Shown in pieces: positions 8,596 through 17,552 of a stretch of DNA of 64,000 bases (its first letter is position 1; every line of letters begins with the position of its first letter). Both the position numbers and the translations under genes were made by a program. The notes below the pieces were generated by a model. It did not search any database. It was not told the DNA's origin and saw only the letters and a program-made list of their open reading frames with translations. The stretch is taken from contig JBIOVP010000064.1 of assembly GCA_044867815.1 (NCBI GenBank), positions 549 to 64,548 on the forward strand, written 5' to 3'. Source of the DNA: Solirubrobacterales bacterium. GTDB lineage: Bacteria > Actinomycetota > Thermoleophilia > Solirubrobacterales > 70-9.

Positions 8596-9477
8596 ATGAA
8601 TTTCCTCACCGGCGAAGAGATCGGGGCGTTCGAGCTCGGCAGGCTGCTCGACCGCGCGGCCGAGCTGAAAGCGGGGCGGCGCGAGGGCGTCGGTCGCGAC
8701 TCGCTCGCCGGCCGCAGCATCGCGCTGGTCTTCGAAAAGCCCTCGACGCGGACGCGGATCAGCTTCGACGTCGGCGTCGCCGAGCTCGGCGCCCACGGGG
8801 TGATGCTGCGGGGCGACGAACTGCAGCTCGCCCGCGGCGAGTCGAGCGGCGACACCGCCCGCGTCCTCTCCCGCTACGTCGACGCGATCGTGATCCGCTC
8901 GGGCTCGCACGAGGTCGTCGCCGACCTCGCCGCGGCGGCCGAGGTGCCGGTGGTCAACGCCCTCACCCCGCTGCACCACCCCTGCCAGGCGATCGCCGAC
9001 CTGCTGACGCTGCGGGAGCGCTTCGGCGACCTCCAGGGCCTGCGGCTCGCCTACGTCGGCGACGGCAACAACGTCGCCCGCTCGCTGGCGATCCTCGCCG
9101 AGCTGGCCGGGGTCGAGGTGGTCGTCGCCGCGCCCGAGGGCTACCAGCTGGAGGAGGGGCACGGGGCGAAGCTGACCGGCGACCCGCGCGCCGCCGCGGC
9201 CGGCGCCGACGCTCTCTACACCGACGTCTGGGTCAGCATGGGCGACGAGGAGGAGGCCGCGCGACGGCGCGCCGACCTCGCTCCCTTCCGGCTCGACGGC
9301 GACCTCCTCGCCGCGGCCAAGGAGCGGGCGATCGTCCTCCACTGCCTTCCCGCCCACCCGGGCGAGGAGATCACCGCCGATGTCCTCTACGGCGAGCGCT
9401 CGGCCGTCTGGGACCAGGCCGAGAACCGGCTGCACGCGCAGAAGGCGCTGCTCGAGCTGCTGCTCACGGACGGGTAG
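8596..9477 (+). CDS. argF: Ornithine carbamoyltransferase
   Basis: Contains FEKPSTRTR, HPCQAIADLLT, DVWVSMG and HCLPAHPGEE motifs. Start set at MNFLTGEE inside the long 540-aa ORF. Confidence 0.9.
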   Translation: MNFLTGEEIGAFELGRLLDRAAELKAGRREGVGRDSLAGRSIALVFEKPSTRTRISFDVGVAELGAHGVMLRGDELQLARGESSGDTARVLSRYVDAIVIRSGSHEVVADLAAAAEVPVVNALTPLHHPCQAIADLLTLRERFGDLQGLRLAYVGDGNNVARSLAILAELAGVEVVVAAPEGYQLEEGHGAKLTGDPRAAAAGADALYTDVWVSMGDEEEAARRRADLAPFRLDGDLLAAAKERAIVLHCLPAHPGEEITADVLYGERSAVWDQAENRLHAQKALLELLLTDG

Positions 9478-9489
9478 GCGCGGCGGCCG

Positions 9490-10275
9490 ATGTATCCCGA
9501 GATCCACCTGGGGCCGCTGACGCTGCAGACCTTCGGGCTGATGTTCGCGCTCGCCTTCCTCGCCGCCGGGGCGCTGATCTGGAAGCGCTTCGAGGAGATC
9601 GGCAGGCCGGTCGACTGGGCCTACGAGATGGGCTTCTCGGCGCTGGTCGGCGGCGTCATCGGCTCCCGCGTCTACTTCATCGTCGACAACTACAGCGAGG
9701 TCAAGGACGACCTCCTCGGCAACATCTTCAGCGGCTCCGGCCTGACCTGGTACGGCGGCGCGATCGGCGGCGCCATCGCCGTCCTCCTCTGGGCCTGGTA
9801 CCGCGGCTTCCTCGGCCTGGCGCTGCTCGACGTGGCGGCGCCGGCGCTGGCGCTCGGCTACGCGATCGGCCGCTGCGGCTGCCAGCTCTCCGGCGACGGC
9901 GACTACGGCAAGGCCTGGGACGGTCCCTGGGCGATGTCCTACCCGGACGGGACCGTGCCGACCGACCAGGCCGTCCACCCGACGCCGATCTACGAGACGC
10001 TGGCGATGGGGCTCGGCGCCTGGCTGCTCTGGCAGCTGCGCGACCGGGTGCGGCCGGGGATCCTCTTCGCGATCTACCTGCTCTACGCGGGAACCGAGCG
10101 CTTCCTCGTCGAGTTCCTCCGCCGCAACACCGACGCGGCGCTGGGGTTGACCCAGGCGCAGCTGGAGAGCCTGGTGATGATCGCCGCCGGCGGGCTCTGG
10201 ATCGCTATCGTGACCCGTCGCTACGGAGGCATCGGGAGGCCGGCGGCGAACGATCCGGTAGGTGCGGGCGCCTGA
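9490..10275 (+). CDS. lgt: Prolipoprotein diacylglyceryl transferase
   Basis: Polytopic 261-aa protein with GSRVYF, WYGGAIGG, GRCGCQLSGDG and HPTPIYE motifs. Confidence 0.9.
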   Translation: MYPEIHLGPLTLQTFGLMFALAFLAAGALIWKRFEEIGRPVDWAYEMGFSALVGGVIGSRVYFIVDNYSEVKDDLLGNIFSGSGLTWYGGAIGGAIAVLLWAWYRGFLGLALLDVAAPALALGYAIGRCGCQLSGDGDYGKAWDGPWAMSYPDGTVPTDQAVHPTPIYETLAMGLGAWLLWQLRDRVRPGILFAIYLLYAGTERFLVEFLRRNTDAALGLTQAQLESLVMIAAGGLWIAIVTRRYGGIGRPAANDPVGAGA

Positions 10276-10283
10276 TCTCACCG

Positions 10284-10325
10284 GGTTGCCGGTTGGTCAT
10301 GCCAGGCAAGGCAAAACCGGCAACC
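10284..10325 (+). terminator. Perfect 11-bp inverted repeat hairpin downstream of lgt
   Basis: GGTTGCCGGTT-N20-AACCGGCAACC begins 9 nt after the lgt stop. There is no U-tract, so it may be a stabiliser or protein site rather than an intrinsic terminator. Confidence 0.4.
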
Positions 10326-10394
10326 AGGGATACGAAACACTGCTATCTTGCGCAAAATCTTTGGAGCGGTTTGAAACGGGAGGATGTGGCGGTA

Positions 10395-11243
10395 ATGGCG
10401 GCTATTGACGTTCAGAGCGAGGGTTTTTCGGCCCGCACCGTGGGGGCGATTCTCGACGACGCGGCCGAGCGGATCGCCGCCGCCGGGGTCGAGGACTCCC
10501 GCACCGAGGCGGAAATCCTCGTTGCCGACGCGCTCGGCGTCGCGCCCAGCGAACTGAGCGTCGAGAGTGCCGGCGAGGTCGGCGCCGAGGCCGCCGAGAA
10601 GATCGAGCGCAACGTCCAGCGCCGGGTCGAGCGCGAGCCGATGGCCTACATCCTCGGCCGCGCCCCCTTCCGCAACCTTGAGATCTACGTCGACGAGCGC
10701 GTGCTCTGGCCGCGCCGGGAGACCGAGCTGCTGGTCGAGGTGGGAGCTTCGCTGCCCGAGGGGGCGCGCGTGCACGAGATCGGCACCGGCTCCGGCGCGA
10801 TCGCGCTGGCGCTGCTGTCGGAGCGGCCCGACCTGAAGGTGACCGCCTCGGACCTCTCGCCGGAAGCGGTCGAAGCCGCGCGCGAGAACGCCGAGCGGCT
10901 CGGGCTCGACCTCGAGATCACGGTCGGCAAGGGGCTGCCGGACGCGGTCGAAGCCGAAGACGTCGACCTCGTGATCGCCAACATGCCCTACGTCACCGAC
11001 GAGACCATCTTCGAGCGCTCGCCCGAGATCCAGAAGGAGCCGCGGATGGCGGTGACCGGCGACTGCGGCGAGGACGGCCTCGGCGTGATCCGCGGCGTCA
11101 TCGCCGAAACGCCCTCGGGCTGGAAACTGGCGATGGAGCACGACACCCATCACGGCCCGGCGATGCGCGAGCTGCTGCGCGACGCGACTACCCTTCAGGA
11201 CTATGAAGGCGACGACCGGGTCACCGTCGGCTACGCCCCCTGA
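10395..11243 (+). CDS. prmC: Release-factor glutamine N5-methyltransferase (PrmC/HemK)
   Basis: Contains EPMAYILG, VLWPRRETELLVE, EIGTGSGAIAL and VIANMPYV (an NPPY variant). Start set at the ATG at 10395, with GGGAGGA upstream. Confidence 0.8.
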   Translation: MAAIDVQSEGFSARTVGAILDDAAERIAAAGVEDSRTEAEILVADALGVAPSELSVESAGEVGAEAAEKIERNVQRRVEREPMAYILGRAPFRNLEIYVDERVLWPRRETELLVEVGASLPEGARVHEIGTGSGAIALALLSERPDLKVTASDLSPEAVEAARENAERLGLDLEITVGKGLPDAVEAEDVDLVIANMPYVTDETIFERSPEIQKEPRMAVTGDCGEDGLGVIRGVIAETPSGWKLAMEHDTHHGPAMRELLRDATTLQDYEGDDRVTVGYAP

Positions 11244-12744
11244 GCCGAGCACCAAGGGCGACCGCTCCGTCGCCGTCTCCACCGAGGAGCAGCGCCGGGC
11301 CAAGATCGAGCGCCTGCGCGCGGAGGGAGTCGATCCCTACCCGCACGCGTTCCCGGGGCGGACGCACGTCGAGGAGATCGAGGCGAAGCATGACCCGGCG
11401 GCGCTGGGCGAGGGCGAGCACGAGGAGTTCAGCTACCGGGTGATGGGCCGGGTGACCGGCAAGCGCGGGCACGGCAAGACCGCCTTCCTCGACGTCCGCG
11501 ACATCACCGGCACGATCCAGGCCTACGCGCGGCGCGACGTGCTGGGGGAGGAGGCGTTCGGGCGGGTCGAGGAGCTCGACATCGGCGACCTGGTCGGGAT
11601 CGAGGGGCCGCTGCACGTGACCAAGCGCGGGCAGCTGGCGATCGGGATGCGCGAGTGCACGCTGCTGGCGAAGGCGCTGAAAGACCCGCCGGACCTCTTC
11701 CACGGGATCTCCGACCCGGACACGCGGTACCGCCAGCGCGAACTCGACCTGATGGCGAATGCCGATTCGCGGGAGATCTTCAAGAAGCGCAACGACCTGC
11801 TGTTCGCGATCCGCACCCACATGCACGAGCGCGGCTGGGTCGAGCTGGAAACGCCGGTGCTGCAGCGGCTGACCGGGGGCGCCGCGGCGCGGCCGTTCGT
11901 CACCCACCACAATGCGCTCGACCGCGAGCTCTTCCTGCGGACGGCGACCGAGCTCTACCTGAAGCGGGCGATCGTCGGCGGCTTCGAGGACGTCTACGAG
12001 TTCGGCAAGTTCTTCCGCAACGAGGGGATGTCCCCCCAGCACAACCCCGAGTTCACGATGCTGGAGATGTTCGTCGGCGGCGCCGACTACAACGGCGTCA
12101 TGGAGTTCATCGAGGTCCTGGTCGCGAGCGTGGTCGAGAAGGTGATGGGGACGACGGTGGTCGAGCGCGACGGGGTCGAGATCGACTTCGCGGCGCCGTG
12201 GCCGCGGGTGCGGCTGCGCGACGAGCTGCTGCGGGAGACCGGGCTCGACATCTACGAGGCGAGCCGCGACGAGCTGGCCGAGGCGGCGGGGGACGCGGTC
12301 GACGAGAACGACGACTGGGCCGGCGTCGTCGACACCCTGCAGGGCAGGTTCGTCGAGCCGAAACTAATCCAGCCCACCTACATCATCGACCTGCCGATCG
12401 ACATCTGGCCGCTGGTCAAGGTGCACCCCGAGAGTCCGCGCATCTGCGAGGCCTTCGACGGGATCGTGGCCGGGATGGAGATCGTCGGCGGGGGGACGGA
12501 CCTGAACGACCCGATCGAGCAGCGCGAGCGCTTCATCAAACAGCGCGAACGCCAGGAGACCGGCGCCGAGGCCGACCCGCACCCCCACGACGAAGAGTTC
12601 GTGCGCGCGCTCGAATACGGGATGCCCCCGGCGAGCGGCTGCGGGCTGGGGATCGACCGCCTGCTGATGATCATGACCGGGGCGAAAACGCTGCGCGACG
12701 TGATCATCTATCCCGCGATGCGTGAGGCGCCCGGCGAGAGCTAG
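11203..12744 (+). CDS. lysS: Lysine--tRNA ligase, class II
   Basis: Contains RAKIERLRAEGVDPYPHAF, an OB-fold region, FRNEGMSPQHNPEFTMLE (motif 2) and GLGIDRLLM (motif 3). It overlaps the prmC end by 41 nt. Confidence 0.92.
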   Translation: MKATTGSPSATPPEPSTKGDRSVAVSTEEQRRAKIERLRAEGVDPYPHAFPGRTHVEEIEAKHDPAALGEGEHEEFSYRVMGRVTGKRGHGKTAFLDVRDITGTIQAYARRDVLGEEAFGRVEELDIGDLVGIEGPLHVTKRGQLAIGMRECTLLAKALKDPPDLFHGISDPDTRYRQRELDLMANADSREIFKKRNDLLFAIRTHMHERGWVELETPVLQRLTGGAAARPFVTHHNALDRELFLRTATELYLKRAIVGGFEDVYEFGKFFRNEGMSPQHNPEFTMLEMFVGGADYNGVMEFIEVLVASVVEKVMGTTVVERDGVEIDFAAPWPRVRLRDELLRETGLDIYEASRDELAEAAGDAVDENDDWAGVVDTLQGRFVEPKLIQPTYIIDLPIDIWPLVKVHPESPRICEAFDGIVAGMEIVGGGTDLNDPIEQRERFIKQRERQETGAEADPHPHDEEFVRALEYGMPPASGCGLGIDRLLMIMTGAKTLRDVIIYPAMREAPGES

Positions 12745-12747
12745 ACA

Positions 12748-13392
12748 GTGGGCCCGGGTCAGTACTCCAGCACCTTCGTTGCGCGACGCTACGACCGCCT
12801 GGCGAGGATCTACGGCTTCCTCGAATCGATCTTCATGATGCGGCCAGGCATACGGAGTGCGACCGTGGACGCTCTCGCGCTGGCTCCCGGACAGACAGTG
12901 TTGGAGATCGGGTGTGGGACGGGGGCCAATCTCTCTCGCCTCGTCCAGAGCGTCGGCCCGTCAGGGACGGTGCTCGGCATCGATGTCTCGAGTGGGATGG
13001 TGGCGAGGGCGAAATCATTGCGGGATAGCCGTGGCTGGAAGAACGTGGAGCTGACCGTGCAGGATGCGCAGCAGCTCAATACGCAACAAGGTCTCGACGC
13101 CGTTCTCTTCAGCCTTTCCTATTCGGTGCTTTCAGACCAACAGCGCGCCCTTGCCGATGCCTGGAATCACCTTGCCGATGGCGGTCGCCTGGTAATCATG
13201 GACGCTCGATCGCCGGACGGGCGGCTCGGAGCGTTATTGACCAGACCGATGCGGATCCTAAGTCGAGTCAGCGTGCTGGGAGACCCGCAGTCACGGCCGG
13301 AGGCGCATCTCGCTGCACTTGCCGGCGATGCTGACTTTCGGCGCTTCCGATTAAGCCCATACTTCCTTTGCGTTGCTACAAAGCAGACATGA
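12748..13392 (+). CDS. Class I SAM-dependent methyltransferase
   Basis: Contains VLEIGCGTGANL (motif I) and GRLVIMD. GTG start lies 4 nt after the lysS stop. Confidence 0.75.
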   Translation: MGPGQYSSTFVARRYDRLARIYGFLESIFMMRPGIRSATVDALALAPGQTVLEIGCGTGANLSRLVQSVGPSGTVLGIDVSSGMVARAKSLRDSRGWKNVELTVQDAQQLNTQQGLDAVLFSLSYSVLSDQQRALADAWNHLADGGRLVIMDARSPDGRLGALLTRPMRILSRVSVLGDPQSRPEAHLAALAGDADFRRFRLSPYFLCVATKQT

Positions 13393-13497
13393 AACAACAC
13401 ACCCCCGCCGTCCAGGAAATTGATTTCTCCGCCGAGGGTGAGAGGTGGTTCTTCCGGCGGCGGGCGTGTTCAAGGGGCCCCGGAAAAAGGGACACCA

Positions 13498-14250
13498 CTA
13501 CACGGTTGAGCGCATCAGGCCGCCGTCGATCGGGATCACGGCGCCGGTGATGTAGGCGGAGCGCTCGGAGCAGAGGAAGGCGACGATGTCGCCGTACTCC
13601 TCGACGGTGCCGAGCCGGCCCGCCGGCACCTCGTCCCGGGCGACCTCTTCGACAAGCTCGATCGAGCCGGCGAGCTCGGCCATACGGTCGGTGGCGAAGC
13701 GGCCGGTGGCGACGGTGTTGACGGTGACCCCGTCGCCGGCGACCTCGCGGGCCAGGGTCTTGAAGAAGCCGACGGTTGCCATCCGGTGCGCATTGGAGAG
13801 ACCGAGCGCGGGGTTGATCTCGATCGTCGTCGTCGAGCCGACGTTGACGATCCGCCCCCAGCCCTCGCCGCGCATGCCGGGGACGACGGCGCCGGCGAGC
13901 ACCCGCGGCGCCAGCACCAGCGAGCGGTAGGCGTCCTCCCATTCCTCGAAGCCGTGGTCGAGTGCGCCGCCCGGCGGCGGGCCGCCGGTATTCGTCACGA
14001 GGATGTCGACCCACCCCAGCGCCTCCGCGACCTCAAGCGGTAACCGCGCCAGCCGCTCGAGGTCGGTCGTGTCGGCGACGAACGGGGTGCCGCTCCCGAT
14101 CTCCGCCACCGCCTCATCGAGGCGCTCCTGCGATCGGCTGGCCAGGGCGACCCGAGCCCCTTCCCGAGCCAGAGCAGCCGCGATCCCGCGCCCGATCCCT
14201 TTGCTCGCGCCCATCACCAAGGCGACTTTCCCCTCGATCCCAAGCTCCAT
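13498..14250 (-). CDS. SDR family oxidoreductase (FabG-like)
   Basis: Start at MELGIEGKVALVMGASKGIGRGIA (TGxxxGxG). Also has NVGS and a PG-type C-terminal motif (AYITGAVIPIDGG). Confidence 0.85.
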   Translation of the reverse strand: MELGIEGKVALVMGASKGIGRGIAAALAREGARVALASRSQERLDEAVAEIGSGTPFVADTTDLERLARLPLEVAEALGWVDILVTNTGGPPPGGALDHGFEEWEDAYRSLVLAPRVLAGAVVPGMRGEGWGRIVNVGSTTTIEINPALGLSNAHRMATVGFFKTLAREVAGDGVTVNTVATGRFATDRMAELAGSIELVEEVARDEVPAGRLGTVEEYGDIVAFLCSERSAYITGAVIPIDGGLMRSTV

Positions 14251-14313
14251 CCCACTGACTCTAGCCGCGCCCACGATGCTCAGAACCCCTTGCGCGGGTA
14301 TCGTTCCAGTCGA

Positions 14314-14409
14314 GCGCCCGTAGCTCAGTGGTCAACGGGTCCTTTCGGGGGCCCAAAGAGCGTCGGTCTTTCAAGCCGAAGGTCGCGGGTTCGACTCCCG
14401 TCGGGCGCA
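14314..14409 (+). tRNA. tRNA-Glu(UUC)-like gene carrying a ~23-nt hairpin insertion in the D-loop (96 nt, no encoded CCA)
   Basis: Hand-folded cloverleaf. Acceptor GCGCCCG/CGGGCGC plus A73. D-stem GCTC/GAGC. Anticodon stem TCGGT/GCCGA with loop CTTTCAA. Variable loop AGGTC. T-arm GCGGG-TTCGACT-CCCGT. The D-loop is 31 nt and contains the hairpin GGGTCC-TTTCGG-GGGCCC. Confidence 0.6.
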
Positions 14410-14706
14410 TTCCTTGGTGTTCCGGGCCATGCCGCGCATTGTGCGGTGCAGAGCCAGATCGTCGGCCTCGGGCTGGATTGGCGTTCCGGCGGAGCGCCAG
14501 CCCATGGCAGCCCGATACGCCTCACTAAATAGGTTGCGCTGCCGCTCTAGTTGGCCGGTGAGGAGCAGGCCGAAGGCTCGTAGTAGAAGTGCGGCGATCG
14601 AAACAACGCCGGCAACAATCGCCGCGAGTGTGGGCAGGTCAAGGTACGCATCGGGTTCAAGAGCGGCTAAGTCTATCGGCGGGTTGATCTGGCTAGGCGA
14701 CTACAT

Positions 14707-15024
14707 ATGCCGAAAGTTGACGAGGCTCTCATTGCCGAGCCGGGCGGCGCTTGGCCGCGGCTGCCCCTGGCTCCCAGTGATTTTTGTTCGGCTTCCAGGC
14801 GCACGGAGAGGCCACCCCGCGCAGCGATGTCGACTTCCTCATCGTCGAGGCTGAGGGTCGCTAACGAGGCTGAGGAGTCGGTTCGCCTTCATCGCACCCT
14901 GCGCGATCTGCGCCTGCCCGCCGATGTCGTCGTCGTGAGTCGCGAATACGCCAATCAGTGGCGAGGGGTACGGGGCGGCGTTGTCCACGCGGCCCTTTCG
15001 CAGGGCCGGGTACTGGCGGGTTGA
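14707..15024 (+). pseudogene. Frame-disrupted MNT-type nucleotidyltransferase remnant
   Basis: The signature FLFGFQAHGEATPRSDVDFLIVEAEGR* is readable only in a shifted frame (about 14777-14857), bounded by stops. The C-terminal half (..LPADVVVVSREYANQWRGVRGGVVHAALSQGRVLAG) is in the listed ORF frame. Confidence 0.4.
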
Positions 15025-15092
15025 GTTCTGGGCTGGATCTGCCTGCGACCCTCAAACCATCTCCTACGCCTCAATGGACGCGCGCTCGCCAC

Positions 15093-15422
15093 TCAAGCCC
15101 GGCTTGGACGACCTCGGCGCGGCTCGTCGTAGTCGAAATAGCCAGCCTCTCTTGAGCCCTCTGGCATTCGGCGATCTGCCGTGGCCGTCCGATAGGCCTG
15201 AACCATTGCGACGAGCCTGCCCTCATCCAATCCCTCGGCCTCCGTTACGTCGAAGAGAATGGCTGCGACCATCTCTTTGCGCGTGACTTCCCCGAGAATC
15301 CCAGTTTCCCGGGCAATGTCGCACAAGGTTCCGATCATGCGATTAAGTGGAACTGGCACGCTCACGCCGAGCTGCTCGTTCTCGCAGCGATTGAGCTTTT
15401 GATCGCAATGGATTCGTGGCAT
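15093..15422 (-). CDS. Hypothetical protein, possible ribbon-helix-helix fold
   Basis: 109 aa with GVSVPVPLNRMIGTLCDIARETG..TRKEMVAAIL, which resembles an RHH strand-helix-helix. GC is lower than in the flanks and an AT-rich CTAG-repeat region lies directly upstream. Confidence 0.5.
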   Translation of the reverse strand: MPRIHCDQKLNRCENEQLGVSVPVPLNRMIGTLCDIARETGILGEVTRKEMVAAILFDVTEAEGLDEGRLVAMVQAYRTATADRRMPEGSREAGYFDYDEPRRGRPSRA

Positions 15423-15440
15423 CGAGATTCCGTCCGAGAC

Positions 15441-15492
15441 CTAAACTAGATTCCAGCTAAGATAAATACATCTAGCTAATATCTAGATTCGA
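15441..15492. promoter_or_regulatory. AT-rich CTAG-repeat block (candidate promoter/operator of the 15422 gene)
   Basis: CTAGATTC occurs twice (15446-15453, 15483-15490). TCTAG-N7-CTAGA forms an inverted repeat around 15471-15487. This is the most AT-rich stretch of the window. Confidence 0.35.
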
Positions 15493-15779
15493 CGAACACC
15501 CACGTTACGACAGATTCAGATCGAAATGCAATAGGGCGCCCTGTCTGGGAGAAATAACTTGTAGCATCTCCCGCTTCGCGCTTTACCACAGGGATCGGCG
15601 GAAAAGAATTTGGCTAAGAAACCGGCATACGAGGATCTTGTTCCCGATGACGTCCGCAAACTAGCGGAGGGGGTCGGATTGCCTGAGCCGACGTGGTACG
15701 ACGGGCGCACGAATGGGCATGAGATCCCAGGGGAGCAAGAGGGTGCCCATCCTGATCCCCCGCCTGGGCAAGATCGCCG

Positions 15780-17162
15780 CTAACGCTCACTGGAGCTTGG
15801 GCTACTAAACGGCCCTTGTACCACCTCAATTTGGGCTTCGGCAGCACGAGCCCGACGCCGAAAGTCACGTCGGGCCGTGAATGGCCTGGGAATTCGCTTG
15901 TCGCGTGCGATGATCAAGACCAAGGCGAGTAGCCACGCAATGATCGCGAGTCCACCGAACTCCCATTTGAGCGTGCATTCCGCTGCTGGCTGCGACTGTG
16001 AGATGACCGCGAGTCGAGCTGCCGCGATGAAGGCGATAGCGCCGGATGCCAATACAACCCGCCGGGCATTTGCAAGCAGAACCTGGGTCAGGTGGTGTGC
16101 GGGCCGCGCAAGGTAGTTCGCAACCACGCCAGGGAAGAGCATCAACAGCGAGGGTGCGGCCGTCGTGGTCTCCCGCAGCTCCCCGGCAAATGCCCAGCAG
16201 GCCGTAACCGAGATGGCGACGAGGATTCCTGCAAGAGCCGCACCACCAAGAAAGCCATCTCCGCTCACCCGAAGGTCTACCTGAACCAAGGCCTTTCGAC
16301 TCTTGAGCGTCTCGTCGGAGTAAAAATGCAGCTGCCTTGAGAAGGAACGAGCAACCCGCAGCCGCTTTGGTTCCGATGCGTCTACGAAACCCGCCTCCAT
16401 GATCTCCATGCCGGGAGGACATTCGAGCTCGAAGTGGTAGTTGCGCGCACCGATGAAGGGAAGATCGAAAAGCACGCGGTACCCCCGAAAACCGTACCTA
16501 TAGCGGGTGGGGTCGTAGGCCAGATCGAACATTGGAACGTCATACGACAGTTTGATGATGCGGCGCAAGCCTTCATCCTCGATGAAGGGGATGCTCAGGA
16601 TTGATGAGTCTGCCAGTTCCCAGACGAGCGCAAGAAACTCATTGTCGCCGACTAGGAGTCGGCGCTCCCGGCAGTTTCCATTCGCGGCAAAGGCGGCTGC
16701 TAGACCACGACTGTGAGGGGGATAGGCATGCGCAATCGCTTCTAAGTCGACTGAAACCGCGGAACTCGGCTTGCGTCCTAGCACTTGGCTGGCTGCGTGA
16801 AGCAAGACCTGTCCTGCCAGCTTCCCATTCTCACTGCGAGTGGGCATCGCAAGCGCTGCCCCCTTCTCATCGCGAAGGTCAAATCGCGTGAAGCGACTTG
16901 GCGCCTTACGAAGTAGGAAGAGCGGCGCGTAGCGGACTGGTGCCCCCTGTCGCGTTTGAGCTAATGGTGCGATGTCCGCAGGCAGGGCGAAGTCAACGCT
17001 TACCTGCCTTCTGGTCATCAGCTGATCGAGGAGTATCACCGCTTCCTTTCGGCGATAGACCCAGCGCAGATCTCCGCAAATGAGCCTGTGGGTCTGCTTG
17101 GCGAGAGCGGACGCGTCTGGCTCGCTAGGCAGTTTTGGAAGTCGCCGTAGGCGCGTCATCAC
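15780..17162 (-). CDS. Membrane protein of unknown function, paralog 1 (soluble N-domain plus 3-4 C-terminal TM helices)
   Basis: 460 aa. It shares RQVSVDFALPAD and RFDLRDEKG..PTRSENG motifs and its overall architecture with the 44690..45997 product. Confidence 0.65.
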   Translation of the reverse strand: MMTRLRRLPKLPSEPDASALAKQTHRLICGDLRWVYRRKEAVILLDQLMTRRQVSVDFALPADIAPLAQTRQGAPVRYAPLFLLRKAPSRFTRFDLRDEKGAALAMPTRSENGKLAGQVLLHAASQVLGRKPSSAVSVDLEAIAHAYPPHSRGLAAAFAANGNCRERRLLVGDNEFLALVWELADSSILSIPFIEDEGLRRIIKLSYDVPMFDLAYDPTRYRYGFRGYRVLFDLPFIGARNYHFELECPPGMEIMEAGFVDASEPKRLRVARSFSRQLHFYSDETLKSRKALVQVDLRVSGDGFLGGAALAGILVAISVTACWAFAGELRETTTAAPSLLMLFPGVVANYLARPAHHLTQVLLANARRVVLASGAIAFIAAARLAVISQSQPAAECTLKWEFGGLAIIAWLLALVLIIARDKRIPRPFTARRDFRRRARAAEAQIEVVQGPFSSPSSSER

Positions 17163-17552
17163 TACCGATGACTCCCAATCCAGGAGTCAGTTTGGGGTCC
17201 CTGCCCAGCCACCTCCATGCTTATATCGCACTAGGCCGTACCGAAAGAGCGTATTTCTCGGAATGAGGGGCGGGATCGAAATGAAGCCGACTTCAGATGG
17301 ACGGGCCTGTTGATCACGGATGCCCGAATTCAGGTCGCATCCCGGTCACATGGCCGTCGCGATCCCGCTCCCCTCGCGAAGGCCCCTCCTCCTTTCAATC
17401 CGAAGGACTATGGCCCGACCGAGCGAGCTGGCCATCAGGCAGAGCTATCGCGATCGGTGCTCGCGGTGACTTGGTGGTGATCACCAGAGCCTCTCGTTTA
17501 TCCCTGTCCCAGCTGGGGATGGTCTATGCCTCCGTTCGGGATGTGCCGCTGG

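Noticed and set aside
7696-10281. 861-aa minus-strand ORF spanning the EEP, argF and lgt region
   Set aside because: It is an Arg/Pro/Gly/Ala-rich antisense shadow ORF typical of high-GC DNA. It is opposite or out of frame to three genes with unmistakable motifs (EEP, argF, lgt).
14410-14700. Minus-strand coding-looking frame (..DLPTLAAIVAGVVSIAALLLRAFGLLLTGQLERQRNLFSEAYRAAMGW..) running into the tRNA
   Set aside because: No ATG/GTG/TTG start lies upstream of the TM segment, and the frame continues into the tRNA-like gene. It is probably a gene remnant and is not called as a CDS.
15610-15783. 57-aa plus-strand ORF (TTG start) between the RHH-like gene and paralog 1
   Set aside because: It has only a TTG start, no RBS, moderate GC3 and no recognisable family, and it is below the evidence threshold. 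It could still be real.
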